Assembly (NCBI RefSeq): GCF_006345805.1
Contig: NC_042997.1
Span: 33,728,001-33,792,000 of the forward strand
Direction of reading: 5' to 3'
Length of the DNA stretch: 64,000 nucleotides
Source of the DNA: Octopus sinensis
Lineage: Eukaryota
Shown in pieces: positions 24,970-37,812 of this stretch; positions within the stretch are counted from its first letter, which is position 1, and each line of letters starts with the position of its first letter. The notes under the pieces are model-generated. The model was not told the DNA's origin. It searched no databases and saw only the letters and a list, made by a program, of their open reading frames with translations. Both the position numbers and the translations under genes were made by a program.

Positions 24970-25170
24970 CAGTGCTTTTCAAACTTTTTGCTGGAGCGGA
25001 ACCCCAAGGAAACATTCCACTGGCTCGAGGAACCCCTGTGCAATAATTTAATAGTCTTATGCACACATATCTGCACAGGAGAATTAAAAATTACTGCCGA
25101 TTTTAGCAGTTTTGTAACTTCTTGCGGAACCCCTGGACTGTGCTGGCGGAACCCTGGTTGAAAACCACTG
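24970..25170. mobile_element. hAT (Charlie-like) MITE
   Basis: TIR CAGTGCTTTTCAA/TTGAAAACCACTG; perfect 8-bp TSD GATTAGAG. Confidence 0.9.
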
Positions 25171-25464
25171 GATTAGAGGCATTAAGGCTGTGACATTTTG
25201 AACAAGGGCAGCTGAAACATGTCAAACTGAAATGTGCCCTTTGTAAAGCCTTCATTCCAAACCTGCATAAAAACGTGAAGAGCTGAAAGTGTAATACCTA
25301 CAGATATGCTCTTATTTTTTGAAAGTAGGGTTAGTTAATCATATGAAATTGCACATCACACACCCATTAAAGCAGCCTGTTGCCACATCTGCAACATACT
25401 ACTTGTGCAGCATGCAGCAAAATGCCCAAATCCAAAGCTGTATGTGAAGTTCTATGCACTGGAA

Positions 25465-25617
25465 TCATCATCATCATCATCATCATCATTTAACGTCTGC
25501 TTTCCATGCTAGCATGGGTTGGACGGTTCAACTGGGGTCTGGGAAGCCAGAAGGCTGCACCAGGCTCCAGTCAGATCTGGCAGTGTTTCTACAGCTGGAT
25601 GCCCTTCCTAATGCTAA
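25465..25617 (-). mobile_element. RTE-B 3' end
   Basis: (CAT)n plus family B terminal sequence. Confidence 0.8.
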
Positions 25618-26723
25618 TATCATACATATATATACACAGCTGCACCCCTTGCTCAAGTTCTTCTTCAGCCTCCCTTATCACTCATCATCTCTCTATAACT
25701 GATCCCTCCATTGATGTGTACAAACAACTACACGGGTGTATGTTCAAATACTACAAAATATACAAAAAAAGTAATTGTGGGTGATGGTCTTTGTTCCGGG
25801 CATACACCAGACACATCTTTGATGCATTGCATAAAGGCACAAGATTCTGTGATGCTGCCTATGACATCATCATCATTATTCAACATCTGTCATCTTTGCC
25901 TGGCAGAGGTTGAACGGTTTGACCAGAGCTGCTAAGCTGGGAAGCTGCACCAGACTCCAGTCTGATTTGGCATGGTTTCTGTGGCTAGATGCCCTTTTTA
26001 ACGGCAACCACACTACAGAATCTGCTGAGTGCTTTTACATGGCACTACAAAGATGCTTTTATGTGGTGCTGCATGGGCGCTTTTCTGTCAGAAATTACGA
26101 AACCTGTTTCATATCAAAAGTTGTAGAACCTTTTTATATGAGAAACCTTATTTAATGCTGATTGCATGTTGATAATCTCATATTTTGGTGTTTCCATTAA
26201 AAATCTACTCCTGCTATTATATAAAATATTTAAGTAAACTAGGGATCTCATAAACACATATATCTTTGTTTGAAAAGACAATAACAGAAATGATAAACAA
26301 ATAAATAGAAAATGTAATCAGAAAACAATTTAATGAGATTTTATGATTGATCTTCCTAAGAATAACAGTTAGATATTTGATTCTGATATCATTAACTTTT
26401 GTTTCATTTTAGTCCCTGACATGAATATCTATCATCAGATATCTTGAATGTATTAATTTACTTTATAAATAAAAATATTGGCTCACAACAGTGAGCTGTA
26501 TGGAGACTAGATACAATTTAACACACACACACACACGTGTGTGTATATATATGTATATATATATATATATATAATATATATATATATACAATGGAAGGAA
26601 AAATGATTCCTTTAAAGGGGTGTAAAACTGGTACGGCAGTTGAATACCACAGAAGTAGGGGTATAAATACAAATTTCAAATTGAGAAATACAATTGACAA
26701 TCTAGCAATTTATTACATTATAA

Positions 26724-27000
26724 TCTATATATATAAAACTAAGAATGTGTGTGTCTGTGCATCGTTTAAACTTGAGAATTACCCAACTGATTTCCATCAA
26801 ATTTTACATATGTCTTACTTAGGGTCCATGGAAAGTCATTGGCCCCCAAAATTTTCAACTTCTTGCTTAATACGAGCCTGGAGCAATCTCTTATCTCTTA
26901 CACTGGTTCGGTATTACATGTCAAAAGTGAAACAATAATATCTCTATTGTAATGTGATATAATACTCTCACTTTTATATGGTTTCAATTTCAATTACATT
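26724..27000 (+). mobile_element. Helitron-like 5' fragment
   Basis: A|TCTATATATATAAAACT start with (GT)-rich tract; homologous to 62102-62510 (-); no 3' CTAG end seen. Confidence 0.55.
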
Positions 27001-27007
27001 ATCTATG

Positions 27008-27045
<38 letters not shown>

Positions 27046-27094
27046 TTTCATTTCTATTAGTTTCACTATGTATTTATATACATGTTTGAATATA

Positions 27095-27547
27095 TGCCAC
27101 GCTACTGAAGTACCACCTCCGATGGGCAGGGCATATCTCCAGAATGGAGAACCATCGCCTTCCAAAGATTGCCCTGTTTGGCAAACTCTCCACTGGCCAC
27201 CGAGTGAGAGGAGCTCCGAGGAAGCGCTACAAAACTGCCTCAAGAAGTCTCTAACAGCATGTCAAATTAACCACCAATGCTGGTCAGACCTGGCTGCAGA
27301 CCATGATGTCTGGCGCCACACGATCTTCAACACAGTCAGCAAGTTTGAGGAACAAAGAAGAGACTCACTTAAAGACAAGAGACGCAGGAGGAAGGCGCGA
27401 GTCGCCTCTGACACCACACCGGATGTTACCTTCGTTTGTGGACACTGCTCACAGACCTGCCTTTCCCTTATCGGACTTGTCAGTCATGAGCGTGCATACA
27501 CGCGACGTGGACAGCCTTCCTGATCTTCGTTCGCGAAGCCGAGCCAT
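27095..27547 (+). mobile_element. RTE-clade LINE 3' end with C-terminal zinc finger
   Basis: LPKIALFGKLSTGHR.RGAPRKRYK; WSDLAADHDVWR; FVCGHCSQTCLSLIGLVSHER. Confidence 0.8.
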
Positions 27548-27647
27548 AATATATATATACACACAATTGTTAAACTGGACAGCAAACATTAAGGCAAGGC
27601 AAACATCTCAAGTCATATACAATATCATTAGAGGAAGAAATTCAAAA

Positions 27648-27701
27648 TCTTACAGCTGTTTCTGGGATATCCCTGAGTATGGGATATTCCGTCATCGGAG
27701 A
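27648..27701 (-). ncRNA. Minimal type-I hammerhead ribozyme motif (U4C core)
   Basis: TCT-CCGATGA-CGGAATATCCC-ATACTCA-GGGATATCCCA-GAAAC-AGCT-GTA-AGA; stem II 9 of 11 pairs; palindromic stem III ACAGCTGT. Confidence 0.7.
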
Positions 27702-27897
27702 CAAATAGGGAAAAAGTAGGGAAAATGAGAATGGTTTATATTAATGAGATGATGACATAGAGTAAGGGAGTAAAAGAATAAGATGGAAAGAAAGAAAAAA
27801 AAAGAAGCATAAAAGTTCATTGTTCAACTTTCCGAAGTTATAGAAAGCAGAACATGAGTCCTTAGGTGCAATCCTATGTAGATCCATTAGTGTAAGT

Positions 27898-28098
27898 CAG
27901 TGCTTTTCAAACTTTTTGCTGGAGCGGAACCCCAAGGAAACATTCCACTGGCTCGGGGAACCCCTGTGCAATAATTTAATAGTCTTAAGCACACATATCT
28001 GCACAGGAAAATTAAAAATTACTTCAGATTTTAGCAGTTTTGTAACTTCTTGTGGAACCCCTGGACTGGACTGGCGGAACCCAGGTTGAAAACCACTG
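27898..28098. mobile_element. hAT MITE, same family as 24970-25170
   Basis: Same TIRs; perfect 8-bp TSD GTGTAAGT. Confidence 0.9.
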
Positions 28099-28624
28099 GT
28101 GTAAGTCCTGAGGTGCAATCTTGCGTATATCTATGTGGGTTAAAATTCTGATATGGTAGATATCCCCCTCAAAAAAGATATGAACATATCAACGTTCAAT
28201 AAAAGTATGGTAGGGAAGGTAGCTATCAACCCTTTCGATACCAACCTGGCTGTAGCCAGCTGAAAATTTTTTGGGTTCACAAGACCAACCTGGCCGCAGC
28301 TAGCTGAGAGTACCCATTGTTATATATATTCCTAGAGTGGGTGGGGCATTGTGTTATAGGGCTAAACAATTTGTCTCATGTTGTTCTGTGATCACTCCGA
28401 CACCTGATGCATGGTACACAGTGCACCTGTTCACATATTATCAATTTGATGGAGGGAGTGAGCTAATGTACAGCACAAACATTTGATCACTATAAAACAA
28501 ATCATTTGTGTGGATCGTTCAACAAAAACCTGTATGCTCATACGCCATCTAACATGGAAGAGTCCATCCTATATGTGTGTCTGTGTGTGTGTGTATACAC
28601 ACTCACACACAGTTAAATAGAGGT

Positions 28625-31535
28625 TTCTGTATGAAACTTACCATGTAAAGTGGTACATTAAATGAAATTATCAACGTTATAAACTACATTTCAATAAATG
28701 TATCTATCATCACCAATTTCACAAAATTCTTTTTGTTGTTTTCATGAAATAGTCTGTAGAAACCATATCAATTTAACGTCCAGTGATTATCAAAAGCACA
28801 AGTAGTTGTCAAATATTTTCCTTTGTTTAAACAAGCCACAAAATTTTTCTAGAAACTAAATCAACTATGAAAATTATGAAAAGAACATTTCTGAAGAAAT
28901 TCAACGCATGCAACTGTTAATCCAAAGATTTTTTTTTTTTTTATCCCTCTCTGTTTTTTTTTTGTATCTCCATCTGTTTTCTCTCCTCACTCCTTTCTGT
29001 AGAAGAGCATAGGCTCAAAACATCAAGGACTCTTCCATTTTACCGGAATGTCAAACTAATACACCTTGTTTGTCTTTGTACGAAGGATAGGGTTCTGTAA
29101 TCATGCATATGACCTGTTAGAAATTAAGAAACATGTTTCATATCAAAATTGTAGAACTTTTATTCTATGGGAAACCTTATTTAATGTTCAGCGCATGTTG
29201 GCAATCTGATATTTTACTGTTTCGTTAAAATTCTACTACTGCTATTATATGAAATATTTCAGTAAATTAGGAATCCCATAAAGACATATGTCTTTGTTTG
29301 AAAAAGCCAACAATGGAATTAATGAATAAATAGATAACGTAGTCGACAAATAATTTAATGAGTTTCTATGATTGATCATTCTCAGAACAACAATTGGATA
29401 TTTGATTCTCATATCATTAACTGTGGTTAAATTTTGGTCCTTGACAAGAATATCTATCATCAAACATTGGAAATAAGATAAGATTGGTTCACAACAGTTT
29501 GGTGTATTGAAATGTGACACAATTTAACATCACCATCATCATCGTTTAACGTCCGCTTTCCATGCTAGCATGGGTTGGACAGTTCAACTGGGATCTGGGA
29601 AGCCCGAAGGCTGCACCAGGCCCAGTCAGATCTGGCAGTGTTTCTACAGCTGGATGCCCTTCCTAATGCCAACCACTCTGTGAGTGTAGTGAGTGCTTTT
29701 TACGTGCCACGGACACAGGTGCCAAATGAGGCTGGTGAATGGCCACGCTCGGATGGTGCTTTTTACATGCCACCGGCACGGAGGCCAGGCGAGGCTGGCG
29801 AACGGCCATGATCGGATGGTGTTTGTTATGTGCCACCGGCACAGAGGCCAGTCGATACGGCACTGGCTACGGCCACATTCGGATGGTTCTCTTACGTGCC
29901 ACCGGCACTGGTATCACATCTCCAATTTCCATGGGCTTTCAAAAGTATCTCTTTATATTTCAGTACAGAATACTTTTAAACATCAAATTAAGACTTTAGA
30001 ATATTATGTTCTGATACCTCCAAACACTTCCATTTCAACTTCATTTGGTGCTTTGGAGAGGATGGTACCTAAATTTGTGTAGTCGGAAAACTAGTGTATG
30101 TGCAAGGTCCTGTTTTTAGAAAAAGCATCAGCAAGCTTCTCATTTTATTCTTAATTTAGGAAGTCTTGGACTGCTGTGCAATTTTTTTTTTCTGTTTGTG
30201 ATGTCTTATGTCCTTAAAGATTTGCTTCTATCATGTTCATTAGTTATGTTTCCAAGTTGAGGAGAGTATTCAACTGGAAGTTTCTGAGACTGTTGTATGT
30301 GTATGTTTATTAAAGCTGTGTGGTTATATCTGTGTGTATATATATAAACGTGTGTATGTGTGTGTATGCGCGCACGCATGCACACATCTTTATATAAATA
30401 ATTTGCCCAAATTTAATTTTCCTTAATAGCATTATTTTCAGAAAGTGAGTTATTTCACTCGAATGTGACCTTGTCAGGATACCAGAACCAAGCTGTGTAC
30501 ATCGGTGGCTTATTTGATTCTTGTTCCCAATTAATTGATGTGGACAGTTGACTACAAGGGTGTCTGTTTTCATATCACAAAATAAACAAAAATGTATAAA
30601 TATGAATGATTGAGTTATGTTGGTCTTTGTGCCAAGGATAAAATTCTGTGATTGTGTATATGACCTGTTAGAAATTATGAAACCTGTTTCATATCAAAAG
30701 TTGTAGAACTTTTTTTCTCTGAGAAACCTTATTTAACGTTCATTGCATGTTGTTAATCTTGTATTTTGGTTTTTCATTAAAAACCTACTCCTGCTATTAT
30801 GCGAAATGTTTAAATAAACTAGGAATGCCATAAAGACATATATCTTTGCTTGAAAAAGCTGACAACAGAATTAATGAATAAATAGAAAATGTAGTCAACA
30901 AATGACTTAATGAGTTTTTTTAACTGATTTTTTTCTAAGAATAACAATTGGATATTTGATTCTGGTATCATTATCTCTAGCTAAATTTTGGTCCTGATCA
31001 TGAATATCTATCGTCAGAGATCTTGAATGTATTAATTTACTTTCTAAATAAAAATATTAGCTCACAGCAGTGAACTGCTTTGAGATTAGATACAATTTAA
31101 CAAACATATTGAAATAGAAGTGAGTATTCAAAAGTATCTCTTTATATTTCAGTACGGAATACTTTTAAACATCAAATTAAGACTTTAGAATATTATGTTC
31201 TGATATCTCTAAACACTTCCATTTCTAAGTCATTTGGTGCTTTGGCGATGATGGTACCTAAATTTGTGTAGTTGAAAAACTAGTCTAAGTACAAGGTCGT
31301 GTTTTTTTAAAAAAAACGTCAGCAAGCTTCTCATTTTATTCTTCATTTAGGAAGTCTTGGACTGCTGTGCAATTTTTTTTTTTCTGTTTGTGATGTCTCA
31401 TATCCTTAATGATTTACTTCTATCATGTTCATTAGTTGTTTCCTAGTTGACGAGAGTATTTGGCTGGAAGTTTCTGAGACTGTTTTACATATATATATAA
31501 ACATCAACATATATATACACACTCACACTCACATG

Positions 31536-31566
<31 letters not shown>

Positions 31567-32035
31567 GCATATATTTGTTTATACACACACACACACATGT
31601 ATAATACACACACATGCATGTAGTTACATACACACATATATATACATACACACATATATACATATTGAGGGAGACATGTGGGGGGTAATTTATTTTTGCT
31701 TCAGTAAAAAAATAAATATTCAGATCGTATTACTTTGACATATCACACAAGATTCCGGTATTTCTTCAGATATGTTCTTTTGATAATTTACATAGTTGAT
31801 TTAATTCCTAGAAAAATTTTGTGACTTGTTTACTCAAAGAAAAATATCTGACAACTACTTGTGCTTTTGATAATCACTGGACTTTAAATTGATATGGTTT
31901 ATACATACTGCTTTATGAACAAGAAAAAGCATTTTGTGAAATTGGTGATAATAGATACATTGTTCATATATTGTTTGTAATACTAATAATTTCATTTAAT
32001 GTGTCAGTTTACATTTTAAGTTTTGCACACAGAGA
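28625..32035. repeat. ~280-bp inverted repeats (28625-28901 / 31758-32035) enclosing two diverged direct copies of an ~850-bp unit
   Basis: TGATTATCAAAAGCACAAGTAGTTGTCA vs TGACAACTACTTGTGCTTTTGATAATCA; units ~29070-30295 and ~30620-31490; partial third copy ~26085-26521. Confidence 0.75.
29529..29935 (-). mobile_element. RTE-B 3' UTR inserted in the first unit copy
   Basis: Family B sequence; absent from the paralogous unit near 31100. Confidence 0.8.
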
Positions 32036-32150
32036 GGTTGGTGCACAATAGAACTATTGAAAAGAGGACCCTGAAATATTGTGTATAGTTGTCTGGATAA
32101 CACCTGGTGCCTGCTTGTGTCTGGTACGCAAAGCTTTTATTTAATTGGTA

Positions 32151-32372
32151 AGATTTGCATTTGTGAGTTACTCTTTACTCTTTTACTTGTTTCAGTCATT
32201 TGACTGCGGCCATGCTGGAGCACCACCTTTAGTCGAGCAAATCGACCCCGGGACTTATTCTTTGTAAGCCCAGTACTTATTCTATCGGTCTCTTTTGCCG
32301 AACCGCTAAGTGACGGGGACGTAAACACACCAGCATCGGTTGTCAAGCAATGCTAGGGGGACAAACACAGAC

Positions 32373-32412
<40 letters not shown>

Positions 32413-32573
32413 ATGAACTACAGGCTTCTTTCAGTTTCCGTCTACCAAATCCACTCACAAGGCATTGGTCGGCCCGGGGCTATAGCAGAAGACACTTGCC
32501 CAAGGTGCCACGCAGTGGGACTGAACCCGGAACCATGTGGTTGGTAAGCAAGCTACTTACCACATAGCCACTC
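32151..32573 (-). mobile_element. SINE-A
   Basis: Full reverse-complement match. Confidence 0.9.
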
Positions 32574-33159
32574 GTTTGTAAATAAACGACTTAATATGCT
32601 ACTCATCATCATCATCATCATCATCATATAATGTTCATGTTTGGTTGGATGGATGTTTGATGAGACAGAGCTTATATGGCTAGATGCTCTTCTTGTTTGC
32701 AGTTGTCACTTGTTTCCATGTATGGGAGTATTCCCCAAAAGCCAGACATGCTTCCACAGAAGATGGGGGAATGGACACTGTTTGCACGAGGGTGACATTC
32801 GCTTACAACTATCATGTGATGTCAAGGCAAGGAAGCAGTCTTTCTCTATCTCTCTCTATCACATGCACGCACACACACCTTCTGGATTTCTTTCAGTTTC
32901 TGTCTGCCACATTCATTTACAAGAACTTTGCCCAATGTGCGATGGAGTGGGATTGAACCCAGAAAAATGGGGTTGAGAAGTGAACTTCTTACCGTGCAGC
33001 CACACAATAGTATTCCTCTTTTAAAGAGAGTTAAGATATTAGCTCAACATGATCCTGCTGTCAGGATACCAGGAGAAAAATTGTTTTTGTTGTTGTTATT
33101 GCTGGTGGTATTGTTGTTTAATCCATGTCAGCCTTATTAATAAAGCAGATGTATGATTT

Positions 33160-33201
<42 letters not shown>

Positions 33202-33312
33202 TGTACTTTCATAGCAATGACTTAAATGGCTTATAAACACCTTCCATGCTGCAATTGTTATATTTGTTTGATTTGCCTAATAGTGGTTTTATCTCTAATT
33301 TAATATATATAT

Positions 33313-33694
33313 TACTCTTTACTCTTTTACTTGTTTCAGTCATTTGACTGCGGCCATGCTGGAGCACTGCCTTTAATCGAGCAACTCGACCCCAGGACTT
33401 ATTCTTTTTGTAAGCCCAGTACTTATTCTATTGGTCTCTTATGCCGAACCGCTAAGTGATGAGGACATAAACATACCAGCATCGGTTGTCAAGCAATGCT
33501 AAGGGGACAAACACACACTCACACATACATATATATACATATATACGACAAGCTTCTTTCAGTTTCTGTCTACCAAATCCACTCACAAGGCTTTGGTTGG
33601 CCCGAGGCTATAGTAGAAGACACTTGCCCAAGATGCCACACAGTGGGACTGAACCCGGAACCATGTGGTTGGTTAGCAAGCTACTTACCACACA
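33313..33694 (-). mobile_element. SINE-A
   Basis: Reverse-complement match. Confidence 0.9.
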
Positions 33695-34556
33695 TGGCTT
33701 AGTCATGAATAAGGGTTTCTTCCATGACCTTCCTGCTAGAAAGAAAATAGGAATTTATTTTAAAACCTTATTCTGTCTTGAATGCTCACATCTTGGAGGG
33801 ACTTCACTGAAGGATCATGAACCTGGTGGTCATGTTAAACTGGATGACAGTTTAAGTATGTCACTCAGTCTAGCCATGACTATTTTCATATTTAAAAGGA
33901 AAGGAAAAAATCTATCTAGGATTATAGTACTGAAAATAGCTTCTACTTTTTAAACTGCAAGATATGATCTAAAGGCTATTTGGCTGTTATTTGTTGCAGG
34001 TTAAAGGACCATAGAGAAGTTCCCATGTTGGTTTGATTATCAGTAGTAAGTAACATCCCAAGGCAATAATATTTCAGTTGTAAATATTGTAAAATAACAC
34101 CAGTGCTGAGATAGTAATGTCAGTAAGTTCATCCAAGATAATTGAATAATAAATAGTTTTGCTTGGAGCAATGTATGAAGTTCTGTTACACTGAGGGCCA
34201 ACTTATATTGTTGATCAGTTATGTTCTTCCTCGTTAGAAGTTGTTTTTACTTGTCTGAATCTGATCTTTTTATAATTTCAACGAGGCATTCTTTCATTAA
34301 TTTTACTTTGTGCATTTGACTGTTCATGACCAACTGTTGTAGTAAGACTTCACAAAAATATGTATCTTTTTACACTGCTTGAAGAAACTAGTCACAGAAA
34401 CACATATATTTCATATGTTTATTCAACATTTCATCCCTTCTGTTCATTTGTTTCACATAGACATTAGTCATAGAGACATCTGATTTCTAGTTGCTTATGG
34501 TGCACTCACAGTGAACAAATGTCTTGATTAGAACAATTAAGACGTACCTTGTTAGT

Positions 34557-34706
34557 TCTCTTTTACTCTTTTCAGTCATTTGACTGTGGCCATGCTGGAG
34601 CACCGCCTTTAGTCGGGTGAATTGACCCCAGGACTTATTCTTTGTAAGCCTAGTACTTACATGTGGTTCATAAGCAAGCTACTTACCACACTGCCACTCC
34701 TGTGCT
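34557..34706 (-). mobile_element. SINE-A with large internal deletion
   Basis: Tail joined directly to head at ~34659. Confidence 0.7.
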
Positions 34707-35059
34707 TATTTACATTTATTTATAACATAAATCACACTGAGGTATTTTAAGCTTCCTGGCAGTCTCACTACCTCAAGTAAGATAGTTATTTCTAGTGCAT
34801 CCATAATCAGTTTTCTCTGGCAACCTGTCTATAATTGCAATGCCCTTCTTGTAGGATATATAGTTTATGTAGGATACATTGTTTGAATCTTCTACAAACC
34901 TCTTTTCTGCATATCAAGCATGGCCATTTCTCAGATGGCGATGGAGTCCTGCATTTCTTTCTACTGACATTGGGTCTGCACAAACTAATGTTTTTATGAA
35001 AATCTGAAGATTATGCATGATGTTTCACATCAAGTCTCTTCTACAGTATAGTTGACAGT

Positions 35060-36215
35060 GCCCTTTCCAAGTCCAGAAACTTCCAATGGTTGGAAGTTTC
35101 TGGACTCCTCTCAGCACCAGCTACATGTACTTGACTCAGCAATTCATTGCATCCCACAACATCTACAAATAGCAGAACTGAAACAGGATTCCAACCACAG
35201 AAGAGACTGTTAAGGCTCCAGAGCAGCTGAAAAATGGAAAGGCTGTAGGAGATGAAAACCTACTGAAAATTTGGAAGAAATGGAAGTGAGGAAGGCAGCA
35301 TTGTACACTAAACTCTATGAGTTGTTTGTCTGCTGGGAACAGGGTAGACTATCACAGGACCTCTGTGTTGAAGTCATCATCACTCTTTTGAAGAATGAGA
35401 AGGAAAAGTCTGATTGTTCCTAATGCCAGGCAGTATTACTCTACTCTCTATTGGGAGGAAAATCTTTGCAAGAATACTCCAGAATAAAGTGAGGGCCATC
35501 ATTGCAGAACTCCTCCCATAGAGCCAATGTGGATTCATATTCAATAAAAGCACCCACCTCTGGCATGGTATTTATTCTCAGGCAACCTCAAGAAAAATCT
35601 AGAGAACAGTTTAAGGGACTGTATATGGCATTTGCTGACCTTATCAAAGCATCTAATATTGTGAGTTGCAAAAGTCTCTGGGAGATCCTGAAATGACTTG
35701 TGTATCCTCCCCACATCAAATTCCTCAGCATGATCAGCCAGTTATTTGGAGATCGGTGTATTGAAGTCAGTCGCAATGAACTCTTAGAGTTTTTTCTGGG
35801 AGGGAATGTTGTAAAACAGTGCTGTCTCCTTGTGCTGACTTTCTTCACCATCTTTATGAGCATGATACCTGTAAGAGTCATAAAAGACTTCAGTGAGGGA
35901 GATTGTTTCTACTTTTCATGCTGTACCAGTGGTCACGTGTGTAGCCTAAGCTGACTTCACTTCCACACAAAGGCACAGGAACAACTCAAGTAGTCTTTAC
36001 TCATTGTAAACAGTGCTATCCTATTGCCCATACAGAGTCTGTACTGCAGTGTATTACATCATGCTTTGCAGAGGCTGCTGAGGTCTTCAGACTGGAAGAC
36101 AGCTTGAAGAAGACAGAAGTTCTCTACCAGCTGATACCTCACAAATATTAACCACTCTCTCTGCATTATCATTGGCAAGATAGAGCTGAAGCTAGTCCTT
36201 GAGTTAAGCTATTTG
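35060..36215 (+). pseudogene. Decayed RTE reverse transcriptase
   Basis: EQLKNGKAVG; ITLLSIGRKIFARIL; MVFILRQPQEKSREQFKGLYMAFADLIKA..SLWEILK; FRLEDSLKKTEVLYQ; many stops. Confidence 0.8.
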
Positions 36216-36244
36216 GTAGGGGAGAGAGTGTACCACTTTGTCAG

Positions 36245-36842
36245 ATGCCAAATTTGACAAATGTTGTACATGGCAGTGAAACATGGGCTGAGACTGCTGA
36301 AGACATGCGTAAGCTCGTGTGGAATGAAGCCAGTACGATCCGATGGATGTGTAATGTCAGTGTGCATACTCGACAGGGTGTAAGTACTTTGAGAGAAAAG
36401 TTGGACCTAAGAAGCCTCAGATGTGGTGTGCAAGAGAGACGACTGTACTGGTATGGTCATGTGGTATCGAGAATGGATGAAGATAGCTGTGTGAAAAAAG
36501 TGCCACACCCTAGCAGTTGAGGGAACCTGTGGAAGAGGTAGACCCAGGAAGACCTGGGATGAAGTTGTGAAGCATGACCTTCGAACATTAGGCCTCACCG
36601 AGGCAATGACGACTAGTGACCGAGACTTTTGGAAATATGCTGTGCGTGAGAAGACCTGGCAAGCCAAGTCAGACCATAACCTTGTGCCAGGGGTATAACC
36701 AGCCCACTTATGCGTACCTTCCCTTCATTGGACACTGCTTGCAAAGACCTGTTGAGGCAAGTGAAATCAAAATCAAATTCGGTGACTGTCATCTGTGCTA
36801 GTGGAACACTAAGAGCACCATCCGAGCGTGATTGTTGCCAGA
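36245..36842 (+). mobile_element. RTE-B ORF end and partial UTR
   Basis: HGSETWAETAEDMRKL..RRLYWYGHV..GRGRPRKTWDEVVKHDL. Confidence 0.85.
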
Positions 36843-36985
36843 AATAAAAAAAAGTACTCACTGTATTATAGAGTATAGATATTTGTATTGGGTTTTTCAC
36901 TCTGAGATACGTTATGTGACTGAGAAAGACACTTAATTATTTGGATACTTAATCCTGAGCATTGAATTGGTTACATTCTCCAGAT

Positions 36986-37168
36986 CAGCGCTCTGCAACC
37001 ATTATGCTGTGGCACACAGGTGTGCCATGTGACAGTGTTAGGTGTGCTGCAGTGTAACCTGAATATAATTTTTTCCCTATACTTTTAGTTATATTTCTAG
37101 TTCAGATGTTCTGCCGAATTTTGAAACGATTATAAGTGTACAAGTGGAAAAAAGGTTTCAGAGCACTA
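36986..37168. mobile_element. hAT MITE (second family)
   Basis: TIR CAGCGCTCTGCAACC / GGTTTCAGAGCACTA; TSD CTCCAGAT / CTCTAGAT. Confidence 0.75.
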
Positions 37169-37384
37169 CTCTAGATAAAGCTGTGACTAATTCAACACTC
37201 AGAAGTGTCAGAATAATCAGGCATGTTTTGTGCATCTGCGATAGTTTAAATAATGCATATTTGATGAGATGTTAATACAAATACATAGACAGTGGTTATC
37301 TGATCATTTAACAACGAGGATTTGGTCAACTGAATTACCTGCTCTTGAATTAATGTGTAAGAGACTGAACATTCCATTGGATGT

Positions 37385-37812
37385 CTTTCATCTTTCACTG
37401 TTTTCAGTCATTTGACTGTGGCCATACTGGGGCACCACTTTGAAAGGTTTTAGTTGAAGGAATCAACCACAGTACTTTTTTTTTATTAAGGCTGGTTCTT
37501 ATTTGATTGGTTTCTTTTGCTGAATTGCTAAATTATGTGGACATAAACAAACCAACATGTTACCATGCAATGGTGGGCAACAAATGCAAAGTGAGATACA
37601 CACACACACACACACACACAAATCCACACATGCATGCACCCATATTTACAATGAGCTTCTTTCAGTTTCCATCTACCAGATCCACTCACAAGGTTTTGGT
37701 CTGTCCAGAGCTATAGTAGAAGACACTTGCCTAACGTGCCACGCAGTGGGACTGAACTCGGAACATTGTAGCTGAGAAGCAAACTTCATACCACACAGCC
37801 ATACCTGTGCCT
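37385..37812 (-). mobile_element. Diverged SINE-A
   Basis: Reverse-complement homology. Confidence 0.75.

Larger units (their letters stand above)
24060..25460 (+). pseudogene. Highly decayed RTE-type RT/C-terminal fragment with nested CR1 tail and hAT MITE
   Basis: GLTINLKETKVMFNPAPG..KLEVD.F.YLG motif near 24205-24330; Cys/His-rich remnant after 25200. Confidence 0.5.

Noticed and set aside
29245-29520. 91-aa ORF in the triplicated unit
   Set aside because: Frame not preserved in the paralogous copy at ~30620-31490.
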